From a virus (Duplodnaviria; Caudoviricetes), in the IMG/VR virus record IMGVR_UViG_3300037471_000673, positions 32 through 64,031 of that record: DNA of 64,000 nt; one strand, written 5' to 3'. Numbering within the stretch: position 1 is the first letter of the stretch; every line of letters begins with the position of its first letter. The notes under the pieces are model-generated. The model searched no databases, was not told where the DNA came from, and worked only from the letters and a program-made list of their open reading frames with translations. This document shows, piece by piece, positions 44,405 to 53,609 of the stretch. A program made the position numbers and the translations under genes.

Positions 44405-44863
44405 TTAACCGAGGTTGATCTGGATGTTGAAACTATTTCCACCCGCGCCCACTTCGGCGGCCTTGGCGTCGTAGCCTGCCCACCTGACGGTGTTCTTGAT
44501 CAGGTCCGCGCGCACCGCGTCCGAGGTGGCTGGGTTGGTGACCATGGCGAAAGACGTGGTGAGGAACGATTCGGCCTGCATGCGCGCCTTCATCTTGAAG
44601 GACATGCCATCGACCTTCAGTTGCTCCACCGCTTCCTGATAGGACTTGATGAAAACGGGGTGGTTGATGATCGCGGCGAACTGTTCTTTCGAGATGCCGT
44701 AGTGCGCACAGATGTCCTGCGGCGGGGCGATCTTCATGGCCAGTTCGACCGGCAGCATGGGCGGGAAGCCCAGCTCCGCGGGGTTGCGCAGTTCTGCAAG
44801 GGCGTGATCCCCCGGCATCAGTGCGGGGGCCTGCGGCAGTGTGGCAAGGGCGGTGTCGGACAT
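44405..44863 (-). CDS. Terminase small subunit-like protein
   Basis: First gene of the late operon, upstream of TerL; C-terminal GNSFNIQINLG. Confidence 0.7.
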   Translation of the reverse strand: MSDTALATLPQAPALMPGDHALAELRNPAELGFPPMLPVELAMKIAPPQDICAHYGISKEQFAAIINHPVFIKSYQEAVEQLKVDGMSFKMKARMQAESFLTTSFAMVTNPATSDAVRADLIKNTVRWAGYDAKAAEVGAGGNSFNIQINLG

Positions 44864-44886
44864 GTTACGCGGCGTAGATGAGCTAG

Positions 44887-44915
44887 AGAATACTGGAAAA
44901 AATTTTTTGCAGCAA
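44887..44915 (-). promoter_or_regulatory. Putative late-operon promoter
   Basis: Minus strand TTGCTG-17 bp (contains A6T6)-TATTCT. Confidence 0.5.
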
Positions 44916-45117
44916 GAAGTCTCTGGGGGGTGGCTTTTCAGGCGGCGGATGCAACTAATTGGCCCTGCGGGATAGTTTCAATTGCAACTAATAGGTTTTG
45001 CGAGGAATTTTAAGTGTGATGTGGGGAAAATTACCCCTACCCCCACCTCTGCAACCCCCTTGTACCCCTGCGCCGCCAGAAAAGGATTCTTGCCCGCGAG
45101 TGCCTGCATGGCCCATT

Positions 45118-45146
45118 GGACAATCCGTTGCACCAACACGTTGTCC
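45118..45146. promoter_or_regulatory. 29-bp dyad, copy 1
   Basis: GGACA ATCC GTTG CAC CAAC ACGT TGTCC. Confidence 0.8.
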
Positions 45147-45153
45147 TGATTAC

Positions 45154-45181
45154 TTGCAAATGTGTTTGGATGACCTATACT
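45154..45181 (+). promoter_or_regulatory. Putative sigma70 promoter
   Basis: TTGCAA-16 bp-TATACT upstream of ATG 45234. Confidence 0.55.
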
Positions 45182-45233
45182 CTCAATGCCCGGCGCGATC
45201 TTGCACCGGGCTAACTCACTCGGAGAAATTGTC

Positions 45234-45878
45234 ATGTTGATTCAAGTTACCACCAAGCCTGTCGCCAAGACAACCGCGATCGAAGTGTCGCAGTTCCACA
45301 TGGATGTCGCGAAGATCGCGCTTCATGGCGTGCGCCAAGCTGAGACAGTCAAGCAGAAGATGTTGACGCTCGTTCGCACGCAGTATGGCGAGACGGCGCC
45401 CACCTTCGCGCAGTACAAGGCCGATCTGAAGGCCCTGAAGGCGATTGCGGCGCAGCGTAAGCTGGCGGATGCGCAGTGGCTCCATCGGCCCTACGGCGCC
45501 GCGTTGAAGGAGGCTTATGGGGCGCTGCCGGTGTCGCAAGACCCGGCCGCCGTGCTGAAGCGCGCGCAGCGTGATGCGATGCAGGCCCAGTTGAAGGCGA
45601 TTCAGGAAGCGGCGAAGCAAGCGGGCACGGCGCCGAAGGCAGGCGCACCGGCCGGCGAGACGCAAGAGCGCACGCCTTCGCCCGACGAGCAGATCGAATC
45701 GGTTGTCGCGCGTCTGGGCGTCTTCGAGACGCTGGCCGCGTGCATCCGCATCCTCGAATCGGACGACGCGACGAAAGCGCAGGCCACGCACATGGCGAAG
45801 ATGCTCGGACAGGCGCGCAAAGCGCAAGAGAAGGCCGACAAGGAAGCGCGCGTGAAGGCGATCACCCCGCAAGCGTAA
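45234..45878 (+). CDS. First early-region protein, Ala/Lys-rich, unknown function
   Basis: GGAGA RBS; followed by a terminator. Confidence 0.8.
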   Translation: MLIQVTTKPVAKTTAIEVSQFHMDVAKIALHGVRQAETVKQKMLTLVRTQYGETAPTFAQYKADLKALKAIAAQRKLADAQWLHRPYGAALKEAYGALPVSQDPAAVLKRAQRDAMQAQLKAIQEAAKQAGTAPKAGAPAGETQERTPSPDEQIESVVARLGVFETLAACIRILESDDATKAQATHMAKMLGQARKAQEKADKEARVKAITPQA

Positions 45879-45898
45879 TCCGCAGTAGTTGTCAAGTG

Positions 45899-45928
45899 AA
45901 AGCCCCGGCTTCGGTCGGGGCTTTTTTT
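45899..45928 (+). terminator. Rho-independent terminator
   Basis: AAAGCCCCG/CGGGGCTTT stem plus a T7 run. Confidence 0.85.
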
Positions 45929-45957
45929 CGTCCGCGCGATCTGTGCGCCAACGCGTC

Positions 45958-45986
45958 GGACAGTCTGTTGTGGCAACAAGTTGTCC
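45958..45986. promoter_or_regulatory. 29-bp dyad, copy 2
   Basis: GGACA GTCT GTTG TGG CAAC AAGT TGTCC. Confidence 0.8.
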
Positions 45987-46639
45987 TGCGATCGCCTGCT
46001 CATAGTTGCAATGCGTGGCTATGAGCAGGCGATCGCGTGACCGTAGTATCAAAATGCGTCGTGGGCATCAAAATAGACACATGAAATCCGAAATAGAAAC
46101 ACGTATGCTGGAATAGCCTCACGGAAACATTTTGTACCACCTGTTTTTAAAGAACAAAATCAACAACTTACGTGCTGTTTTGGCACTGCCTGCTTTTTAA
46201 GCAATTTCCATGTTTTGCGCAGACCCAGTGTTTATGCGGGTTCCAAGGGGTCTTTCTTTCAATAAACTGATATTACTCATTAAAATGAATCTTCCAGAAG
46301 GGGTACTTATGCGAGGTTTTTCCCCGAGATTCAGATTCAATATAGGCCGCACTCCCCCTCCAACCTCTTTAATGCAACTATTAGCACCCTCATAATTGTG
46401 AATCCTCGGCGGGAAAATCCTCACGTGTTGCTCTCCCCTGCGCGAAAAGCTGCTTTTTTGCTTTTTCTGCTTATCACTAGCATCCATGCGGGTTCCCGCC
46501 CAAAATACTCTCACGTTACGTGGTGCAACTAAATACGGCTCAGCTTTTTCTGCCTAAATTTCGAGCAATTGAAGAGGCGAAGTTGACAAATCGCCTCTTC
46601 ACTACTACCCTAACCTCTTCACTATCCAAGGAGCCCGAT

Positions 46640-47281
46640 ATGGGTCGAAAGATGCGCGATCTGACAGGCCAACGCTTCGGTTCCCTCGTGGCCGAGCGCC
46701 CTGCGGGCAAGGAATCCAGTGGCCATATGGCGTGGCTTTGCTACTGCGATTGCGGTAACTCGCATGTCGCGCTATCTGGGAGCTTATTGCAAGGAAAGAC
46801 GAAGCGCTGCCGGGTATGCACCAAGACCAACCGTGATCCCAGCATGACCGTAGTTGTGCGCATCGATTGCTGGTACCACGGCACAGGTGTCCATGGAGGC
46901 TTCGCCGTGGCCAGCGACCCACACGGCGCTGCGCTGCTGCATACCGGGTGGACCACGACAGGGCAGCGGGTGCGCAACCCGCCATCCAGCCTCGTGCTCG
47001 CGCGCAAGGCCATGGACCTGCTGGCCGTGCAGCAGCACATTCGTCTCATGCGCGAGAAGGAAGGCTACTGCGCGTGGGCCAAGGCTGTCGGCGTGCATAT
47101 CGAGGCGCACATGCTTACCCCGCTTGATCGCATGCGCGAAGTGTGGCTCGCAGCTGGAGGTGATGCGGCTGTGTGCGAGGAGCGCATCGCGCGCACGATC
47201 GCAGGCGCACAGGGACAGCTGCCCCAGACGGGCGCGCGCAAAAAGACCCTCAAAAGCCGGTTCCTGCCGGTCGTGCATTAG
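46640..47281 (+). CDS. Protein with the Zn-ribbon N-terminus of phage HNH/AP2 endonucleases
   Basis: RDLTGQRFGSL...WLCYCDCGN...CRVC; AAGGAG RBS; C-terminal half not recognised. Confidence 0.7.
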   Translation: MGRKMRDLTGQRFGSLVAERPAGKESSGHMAWLCYCDCGNSHVALSGSLLQGKTKRCRVCTKTNRDPSMTVVVRIDCWYHGTGVHGGFAVASDPHGAALLHTGWTTTGQRVRNPPSSLVLARKAMDLLAVQQHIRLMREKEGYCAWAKAVGVHIEAHMLTPLDRMREVWLAAGGDAAVCEERIARTIAGAQGQLPQTGARKKTLKSRFLPVVH

Positions 47282-47292
47282 GTCACACCGAC

Positions 47293-47321
47293 TTGACACA
47301 ATAGCCCGAAAGTAGTACAAT
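47293..47321 (+). promoter_or_regulatory. Strong sigma70 early promoter
   Basis: TTGACA-17 bp-TACAAT. Confidence 0.85.
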
Positions 47322-47367
47322 GGGGGTTACTGGGTCGGAAAGCAGGTGTAGCGACTCAGGGTTGTCA

Positions 47368-47396
47368 CGACAACTTGTTGTAGCAACGAACTGTCC
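47368..47396. promoter_or_regulatory. 29-bp dyad, copy 3 (one mismatch)
   Basis: CGACA ACTT GTTG TAG CAAC GAAC TGTCC. Confidence 0.75.
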
Positions 47397-47459
47397 TCAA
47401 CTCATTTACTTGTAGGGTTCGCTTCGCTAGTCCTACCCAACTTGCTAGGAGATATCTCA

Positions 47460-47651
47460 ATGGACACCATCAAGACCAAACGAATCGTCGACGCGCGCAT
47501 GATGCGCGCCGTGTCGTCCGCGACTACGGTCACGCGCGGCGTGCAGGTCGATCCGCGCGCCGCCGCGGCCCGGTCGGCAGAAGTGCAGCTGCGGGCCGCG
47601 CTGCAGGAGAGCAACCGCACGCACATCGGGCGCATGGGGAGAGCAGCATGA
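47460..47651 (+). CDS. Hypothetical early protein
   Basis: TAGGAGA RBS. Confidence 0.7.
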   Translation: MDTIKTKRIVDARMMRAVSSATTVTRGVQVDPRAAAARSAEVQLRAALQESNRTHIGRMGRAA

Positions 47652-48025
47652 AGATCAAGACAGCAGAACTCGTTGGCCGCGCGCTCGACTGGGTAGTGGC
47701 CACGACCCTAAACCCGAAAGCGAAGGATGCATACACCGGTAGCATGGTGCGCAGGCCCATGTCATACACGGCGAGGCCATCCACCGACTGGGCCCAAGGC
47801 GGGCCGATTATCGAGCGGGAATGTATGACGATTTCGGCGCTATACGCGCAAAAGAACCCGCCCTCTCCTGAATACGCGCACGGGGAATGGGGTGCATACA
47901 TACCATGCGGCGTGAACTCCGAAGCCGCAGGCCGAGGCCCCACACCCCTCATCGCCGCCATGCGCTGTTTCGTGGCATCGAAACTCGGCGATGAAGTCGA
48001 TGTGCCCGAGGAGCTGTTGAAATGA
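47648..48025 (+). CDS. DUF2591/NinX-like phage protein
   Basis: ALDWVVA...PSTDWAQGGPIIER...GPTPLIAAMRCFVASKLGDEVDVPEEL. Confidence 0.85.
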   Translation: MKIKTAELVGRALDWVVATTLNPKAKDAYTGSMVRRPMSYTARPSTDWAQGGPIIERECMTISALYAQKNPPSPEYAHGEWGAYIPCGVNSEAAGRGPTPLIAAMRCFVASKLGDEVDVPEELLK

Positions 48026-48168
48026 AGTTCCCTCTCATCTGCGCGATGGCTGTCGCGCGCTCATGCTGGAACAACGGGCATACGGTTGCGGAAATAGCCG
48101 CGGCCGCGAAGCGCAGTCCTGCCACCATCAGGCGCTGGCTACGCACCACGGGGGCGGTACTGAAATGA
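48022..48168 (+). CDS. 48-aa HTH protein
   Basis: TVAEIAAAAKRSPATIRRWL; ATGA coupling on both sides; not in the supplied ORF track. Confidence 0.6.
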   Translation: MKFPLICAMAVARSCWNNGHTVAEIAAAAKRSPATIRRWLRTTGAVLK

Positions 48169-48677
48169 CCCACCCCATCGCCAAGCTGTTGCTCGACACC
48201 ATCGAGCTGCGCGCCGGCAGCGTGATCACCAAGCGCGAGATCGATGCGCTGAAAAGGCGCTGGTGCTGGCGCACGTTGTTCCGCATCAACCCCAACCAGA
48301 ACCCACTCGGGCAGGTGTACGACGAGATCGAGATGGTCTTCGGATCGGACAGAGATATCCGCTATCAGGTGGACGCCGAGCTGACAGCCAGCGGGCTGGC
48401 GTGGTGGCGCGCGGCCATGTTTCGCAAGGACGGGACACTACGCGAGACGCAGTTCGTGCGGGAGATTGACGACCACCCCTACCGCGACTACATCGTGCGC
48501 ATCCTGCATGACTTCAATCGCTTCGAGCTGGTCGACTGGTACGTGGACATGAACGCCTACGGCATGTTCAGCGCGTTCCCGGTCTATGCGATGCTCGGGC
48601 GCAGCAGCGTGAACGGCGTTCGCTACATCGCGCGGCCATGGCAGTCGGGCGGGCGCACCGAAGTGCTGGGGGTGTGA
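48165..48677 (+). CDS. Hypothetical early protein
   Basis: Coupled start. Confidence 0.75.
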   Translation: MTHPIAKLLLDTIELRAGSVITKREIDALKRRWCWRTLFRINPNQNPLGQVYDEIEMVFGSDRDIRYQVDAELTASGLAWWRAAMFRKDGTLRETQFVREIDDHPYRDYIVRILHDFNRFELVDWYVDMNAYGMFSAFPVYAMLGRSSVNGVRYIARPWQSGGRTEVLGV

Positions 48678-48678
48678 C

Positions 48679-49296
48679 GTGAAATACGAAGACCTTTCCC
48701 CCGACGCGCAGGAGTGCGCTCGTGACTGGTGGACCGAGTGCGAGCAGCAAGAGTGGGACGGCAGCGATTGCTACGACGAGCTGAAGGAAGTGCTCGAAGC
48801 GTTCGGCTTCGATCTGGCCACGCACAACGTGCGATTGACGAACGGCAAGAATAAGACCGAGCCTGACTTCGAGTGGCAGATATCGTACAGCCAAGGCGAT
48901 GGCTTCGCGTTCCATGGATGGTGGCGCGCTGAGGACATGACCAAGCTGCCCGAGCTGCTGGTCGACAGGCCAACGGACACTGTGCTGGCACGCGCTGCGG
49001 CTGACATCATGGTGGTGTTCCTGCGCTACCCCAACGCACGGGTGTGCTTCGACGAGCAGCGCCGCATCGGCGAGGCGTGGGCCGACAACGGCGGCGGCTT
49101 CAACGATGACGACGCGCTTCCCGATGCCGATGCGCGCGCCGTCATGGAAGTGGCGCATGACTTGGCACGCTGGTGCTATGAGTACCTGCGTGCCGATCTG
49201 GAGTGGCGGCTGGGGGAAGAAAACGTGGTCGAGGCCATCACCGCCAACGAGTACGAGTTCGACGAAGATGGATATCCACTGACGAGGCCCGCATGA
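48679..49296 (+). CDS. Acidic hypothetical early protein
   Basis: YEDLSPDAQECAR...YSQGDG...NEYEFDEDG, a pattern seen in phage early proteins. Confidence 0.75.
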   Translation: MKYEDLSPDAQECARDWWTECEQQEWDGSDCYDELKEVLEAFGFDLATHNVRLTNGKNKTEPDFEWQISYSQGDGFAFHGWWRAEDMTKLPELLVDRPTDTVLARAAADIMVVFLRYPNARVCFDEQRRIGEAWADNGGGFNDDDALPDADARAVMEVAHDLARWCYEYLRADLEWRLGEENVVEAITANEYEFDEDGYPLTRPA

Positions 49297-49442
49297 AAAT
49301 CCTCAACCTCATTCACGTCATGCTGGCGCAGGCGTTCTACAAGTGGGCGCTGGCCGAGATCAATCCGCTCCACCCGGACGTGCCGCGCATCATGCTGCGC
49401 AGGCGCGAGCTGGAAGACAAGGCGAGGAGGATGTTCTCGTGA
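49293..49442 (+). CDS. Hypothetical protein (49 aa)
   Basis: Coupled on both sides; contains HPDVPRI. Confidence 0.6.
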   Translation: MKILNLIHVMLAQAFYKWALAEINPLHPDVPRIMLRRRELEDKARRMFS

Positions 49443-49840
49443 GCAACTCCAAGTCCGATCGCTGGTTGCAGCTGCGACAGCTGCTGCCGTTCAATACACA
49501 CGAATACAAGCGCGACGAACAGCTGCGACTGTGGCGCTGGTGCATGTGGGAAAATGAACCCATCACCTACGAGATGGCACGGGTGCAGCTGCACAAGATG
49601 CCGCGTTCTGAGTGGGTGGTCATCGCCGTCAAGCGCGGGCCCAAGGGCGGCTGGACCGACGCGCGCTGGTGGCCAGCGGGCAGGGCACTCCCGAAGTACA
49701 AGGAGAAGCAGTATTACCTTGCCTACCTATTCGACGGCAACGTGCCATCGCACAGGAACGTGCCGACATCCGACCAGTGGCAGCTAGTTGAAAAGATGCT
49801 GGCACTACAACGCGCGCATCTCGCGCTGCACGCTATCTGA
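49439..49840 (+). CDS. Hypothetical protein
   Basis: GTG start after GAGGAGG. Confidence 0.7.
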   Translation: MSNSKSDRWLQLRQLLPFNTHEYKRDEQLRLWRWCMWENEPITYEMARVQLHKMPRSEWVVIAVKRGPKGGWTDARWWPAGRALPKYKEKQYYLAYLFDGNVPSHRNVPTSDQWQLVEKMLALQRAHLALHAI

Positions 49841-49847
49841 CAACGAC

Positions 49848-49876
49848 TTGACAGTATTTGCATTTGCAAGTATAAT
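49848..49876 (+). promoter_or_regulatory. Perfect-consensus sigma70 promoter
   Basis: TTGACA-17 bp-TATAAT. Confidence 0.9.
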
Positions 49877-49918
49877 GTAGTCTGTTGGTAGGAAACCGGA
49901 TTCCAGAGTTTCACCCCC

Positions 49919-49947
49919 GGACAGTTTGTTGTGGCAACGGATTGTCC
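49919..49947. promoter_or_regulatory. 29-bp dyad, copy 4
   Basis: GGACA GTTT GTTG TGG CAAC GGAT TGTCC. Confidence 0.8.
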
Positions 49948-49998
49948 ATAACTAGGAGCGAGCCGCAAGGCGAGTCCTTACTTGACAGGAGCAAAGCC

Positions 49999-51009
49999 AT
50001 GAGCAGATTCCGTAACGCAGTCCTGCTGTACCGTCCTTCCATTTCCATCTGGACGGCGCGCAAGAAAGATAAGGAAGAATCGGCCAAGGTGGTCGATGAC
50101 AATTCGGCCACCACGGGTGCAGCCAGCGTCTACAAGGCGTTGCTGCCCGACAACCCGATCCTCGAAAAAATCCGCAAGTCGGGCGACGCCTTCCGCGAGT
50201 TCATCTACCTGCGCACGGCGCCGTGGGAAGACGGCGGCTGGCGTGCGGGCCGTGTCGACTTGCACATGGACTTCATGGCCACGGCGGGCGACAAGATGCG
50301 CGAGCTGGAAGAACTGTTCGACGAGTTCTGCGTCAGCTACAGCGCAGCGCGTGAGAACGCGCGCTTCCAGCTCAACACGCTGTTCAAGGAAGGCGACTAC
50401 CCCAGCGTGACCGAGGTGCGCTCGAAGTTCGCCGTCTCGCTGGCCGTGCAGCCCGTACCCAATGCGGACGACTTTCGCATCTACGACGGCTTGCCGCAAG
50501 ACGAGGTCGACAAGCTGGTGGCCATGGCCAAAAAAGCCGAGATCGACAAGTTCGCTGCGGCCAGCGCCAAGGCATACGAGCGCCTGTACGCCGTGGTGGA
50601 GCACATGGCCACGCAGCTCGATGCGTTCGGCAAGGGCAAGATCAAGAAGTTCAACGACTCGCTGCTGGGCAACATCGCCGAGATTGTCGAGGCGATGCCG
50701 GCGCTCAATATCACGGGCGACCCCAAGCTCGATGACTTCGCCATCAAGGCGCGTGACCTCACGCACTACGCCATCGTGGACCTGCGCAAGAACGAAGGCA
50801 CACGTAAGGCGGCCGCGAAAGAAGCCGCAGTGCTGGCCAAGGCGATGGCGCCGCTGGCAGGTGCGGGGACTACGGTCACGGCGGCGCCCGCCGTGGACAA
50901 CCCGTTGCCCCAACAGGTTGTCCAGCCCGCAGTGCCCAAGCCGCCGGTCAAGGTCACGCCCAGCAGCGAGAACATCGCCAGCGTGTTCGCCGACTTCATG
51001 GGGAAGTGA
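49999..51009 (+). CDS. Helical protein, DUF3150-like
   Basis: AGGAG RBS; SIWTARKKD...YLRTAPW..GG.R...FKEGDYP...KF pattern; lies upstream of AAA/vWA genes. Confidence 0.55.
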   Translation: MSRFRNAVLLYRPSISIWTARKKDKEESAKVVDDNSATTGAASVYKALLPDNPILEKIRKSGDAFREFIYLRTAPWEDGGWRAGRVDLHMDFMATAGDKMRELEELFDEFCVSYSAARENARFQLNTLFKEGDYPSVTEVRSKFAVSLAVQPVPNADDFRIYDGLPQDEVDKLVAMAKKAEIDKFAAASAKAYERLYAVVEHMATQLDAFGKGKIKKFNDSLLGNIAEIVEAMPALNITGDPKLDDFAIKARDLTHYAIVDLRKNEGTRKAAAKEAAVLAKAMAPLAGAGTTVTAAPAVDNPLPQQVVQPAVPKPPVKVTPSSENIASVFADFMGK

Positions 51010-51011
51010 CC

Positions 51012-51290
51012 ATGAGCGAAGCTGCACGCCAAGCGCACATCACGCTGCATGACGGCATTCCGCCGGACCCCGAGGACATGAATGACAACCGTGCGGATTG
51101 GGCGGGCCTCGCCATCCACAAGTTCGCCCAGACCACCGGCATGGATGAGGCTAATGAGGACAACGACACGATCCTCAGTGACATGCTTACCGACATCCTG
51201 CACTGGTGTGATCGCAACAAGGTGGACTTCGACGAATGCCTTTCGGTCGCTCGAAGCAACTACGTCGATGAGACAACGTTGCCGACATGA
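51012..51290 (+). CDS. Acidic hypothetical protein
   Basis: DMLTDILHWCD...VDFDECL...Y.DE pattern. Confidence 0.7.
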   Translation: MSEAARQAHITLHDGIPPDPEDMNDNRADWAGLAIHKFAQTTGMDEANEDNDTILSDMLTDILHWCDRNKVDFDECLSVARSNYVDETTLPT

Positions 51291-51580
51291 CCAACGACCA
51301 GAAGCTCGCGACGCTGGTGCTGCATGGGGCGAAGCTGTATCTGTGCATCGTAAGCTACCGAATCGCTCCGAGCAACCCCGCCAACAGCCAAGTACCAATG
51401 CTGCGGCAGCTGCGCTTTGCCGACACACCGTGGGACTTAATACCTGCAAACAAAGGAAGCAGGGCGTCCGAACTAGAGTACCGCCTGCAACCTGATATCA
51501 CCGTCATTCCCAAGAGCGCGCTCGACTCTCTGGATGTTTCCCTCATCGAGCAATTCATCAACCTCTGTCAAACTTGTTAG
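51287..51580 (+). CDS. Small LxLHG-family protein
   Basis: QKLATLVLHGAKL. Confidence 0.65.
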   Translation: MTNDQKLATLVLHGAKLYLCIVSYRIAPSNPANSQVPMLRQLRFADTPWDLIPANKGSRASELEYRLQPDITVIPKSALDSLDVSLIEQFINLCQTC

Positions 51581-51589
51581 GAGATAGAC

Positions 51590-52684
51590 ATGGCTACGAA
51601 GCTGAAAGAACTTCCCTCGATCCTCGTGCGCAACTACCTCGCACGCACCCCGACGTTCATCCGCGGCAAGCCCGCGATCGGCAAGACCGAGACCATCGAC
51701 GAGTTCGTTGCCAAGATGGCCGAGCGTGTCGAAGGCTTCAAGGTGTGGCGCTTCTACGCGCCGACCATGAGCCCGATGGACATCCAAGCCTCGGCGCCGA
51801 ACTACGAGAGCAAGCGCCTCGACTTCTTCAACAATGCGGCGCTGCCCAACGCGTATGACACGCCCGATGCCGTGGGGGTGATCTTTTTCGGCGAGCTGCC
51901 CAACGCGGATCGCGCCACCACCAAGCTGCTGCAGAAGTACATCAACGGCGAGGACATGTCGGGCGTGCTGCGTAAGCCCGATGGCGTTGTCGTGATCGCG
52001 GACGGCAACCGCATCGAAGACAAGTCCGACACGCAGCAGCAAGGCCGCGCGTTCCTCTCGCGCTTCGAGCACATCGAGGCGTACACGGATGCCGAGGACA
52101 ACATGAAGTACGCGATGGAGCACGCGTGGCATCCGCTGGTGCAGACGTTCTTCAAGGACAACCCGCACCTGATCGACAACTACGACGAGGTGTTCGGCAT
52201 GGGCAGCGACAAGAAAGGCGGCGCGGCCGAGACTGCCGAAGAGGGCAAGCTGGGCATCTGGGCGAACATGCGCAGCTGGCAGCGCATCTCCAAGAAGGAG
52301 TACGTGGCCGACCAGCTGAAGTCCCCGCTGTCGCTGGCCGAAGCCACGGGCAACTTGGGCAGTGGCGTGGGCGCCGCCTACGAGGCGCACAAGAAGAACA
52401 TGCTCAAGCTCGCATCGTTCGAGGACGTGATCACCATGCCCGACAAGGTGAAGATTCCCGATGCGATGGACGAGAAGTACGCGCTGTGCATGGTGGTGGC
52501 GCTGCGCTGCGAAGAGACGCAGCTGCCGCAGGTGCATACGTTCGGCGCGCGCATGCCCTACGAGCTGCAGGCCGCACTCCTGCGCAACATGGCCGCGCGC
52601 AAGAACTTCAACCTCGCCGCATCGCCGGCATACGCGAAGTGGATCAGCAACCCGGAACTGACGGCGCTGCTGAACGGGAGATAA
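51590..52684 (+). CDS. MoxR/CbbQ-like AAA+ ATPase
   Basis: GKPAIGKT Walker A, IFFGEL (atypical Walker B), IADGNR sensor, FLSRF Arg finger, ANMRSW. Confidence 0.85.
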   Translation: MATKLKELPSILVRNYLARTPTFIRGKPAIGKTETIDEFVAKMAERVEGFKVWRFYAPTMSPMDIQASAPNYESKRLDFFNNAALPNAYDTPDAVGVIFFGELPNADRATTKLLQKYINGEDMSGVLRKPDGVVVIADGNRIEDKSDTQQQGRAFLSRFEHIEAYTDAEDNMKYAMEHAWHPLVQTFFKDNPHLIDNYDEVFGMGSDKKGGAAETAEEGKLGIWANMRSWQRISKKEYVADQLKSPLSLAEATGNLGSGVGAAYEAHKKNMLKLASFEDVITMPDKVKIPDAMDEKYALCMVVALRCEETQLPQVHTFGARMPYELQAALLRNMAARKNFNLAASPAYAKWISNPELTALLNGR

Positions 52685-52686
52685 GC

Positions 52687-52935
52687 ATGGCCACGATAAG
52701 CATCAAGGACGACAGCATGGAATCGGTGATGCAGCAGCTGGCCATTGCCGCTGCATCGGGCAACAACACTGTCGGCATCAGCGTGTGTACCGCTGTTGCG
52801 GTTCTGATCGTCGGCAGCGGCAGGCATGGCGGCTCCGAGCAGCAGGCCATGATGGACTTGGCCAGTCGCTACGGGTTCCGGCCAAGCTACTACGCGGACT
52901 CGGTCAGGGTCATGTTCGAGAAGGAGCCGTCATGA
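52687..52935 (+). CDS. Hypothetical protein
   Basis: GGAGA RBS. Confidence 0.65.
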   Translation: MATISIKDDSMESVMQQLAIAAASGNNTVGISVCTAVAVLIVGSGRHGGSEQQAMMDLASRYGFRPSYYADSVRVMFEKEPS

Positions 52936-53216
52936 GAGTCAACCGCAGCAACCCCGAGCGTCGGGAGTACGAGACGCACTACATGTACGACGCGCGCATC
53001 ACCGTGCCCAGTCCGATCCGCGGCTACGCCAAGACCGAAGAGGGCGCACGCGCTGCGTGCGTTGTCAAGGTCGAGGCCGAGCGGTTCAACAAGGCCGTGA
53101 TCGTGCGGCGCGAGACGTCGGAAATCCTGCACGTGTTTCGACGCAACCCGGCCACGGGCGGCATCGATCGCGAGGACCATCGGTACAAGAAACTGTTGGC
53201 AGGGAGGGCGAAGTGA
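52932..53216 (+). CDS. Hypothetical protein
   Basis: AAGGAG RBS; coupled. Confidence 0.65.
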   Translation: MRVNRSNPERREYETHYMYDARITVPSPIRGYAKTEEGARAACVVKVEAERFNKAVIVRRETSEILHVFRRNPATGGIDREDHRYKKLLAGRAK

Positions 53217-53557
53217 ACACCCCAGTGTTTCCTGCCGGGCCAGCGACAGCCGACGCGATCGCCGCGCATGAGGTCCTGCATGGGATACGGCGGTGCCCGA
53301 ACTGCGACGACAAGGTGCAGCGCGATCAGGGTATACACGCCGATTTGATTGCTGGAGGCGGCGGGGTAACGTACTTCGGCCACGCTATGAACGGGTGTCT
53401 GCTAGTCACGCTCATCGCGGTCCTTAACGATAGGGGCCAGCTGTCCGAGGCCGAGATGTTCGACCGCATGGTGAGCGCCGACGAATGTTCACTGTGGAAC
53501 GATCTCGGGCCGGTAATCGACGCACTGGAAGTGGGTAAGTACGGCGTTGCACGCTAG
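53213..53557 (+). CDS. Hypothetical protein with CPNC motif
   Basis: GGAGG RBS; GTG start. Confidence 0.65.
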   Translation: MNTPVFPAGPATADAIAAHEVLHGIRRCPNCDDKVQRDQGIHADLIAGGGGVTYFGHAMNGCLLVTLIAVLNDRGQLSEAEMFDRMVSADECSLWNDLGPVIDALEVGKYGVAR

Positions 53558-53609
53558 ACACAACGGCCGATACGTGCGATAGTTTCATTCAACTTGCTAG
53601 GAGAAAACG

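Noticed and set aside
7276-48411. Scattered TGGCGTG copies outside the array (e.g. 7276, about 45325, about 46725, about 48405)
   Set aside because: They are mid-gene, in mixed frames, lack the conserved arms, and occur at roughly background frequency.
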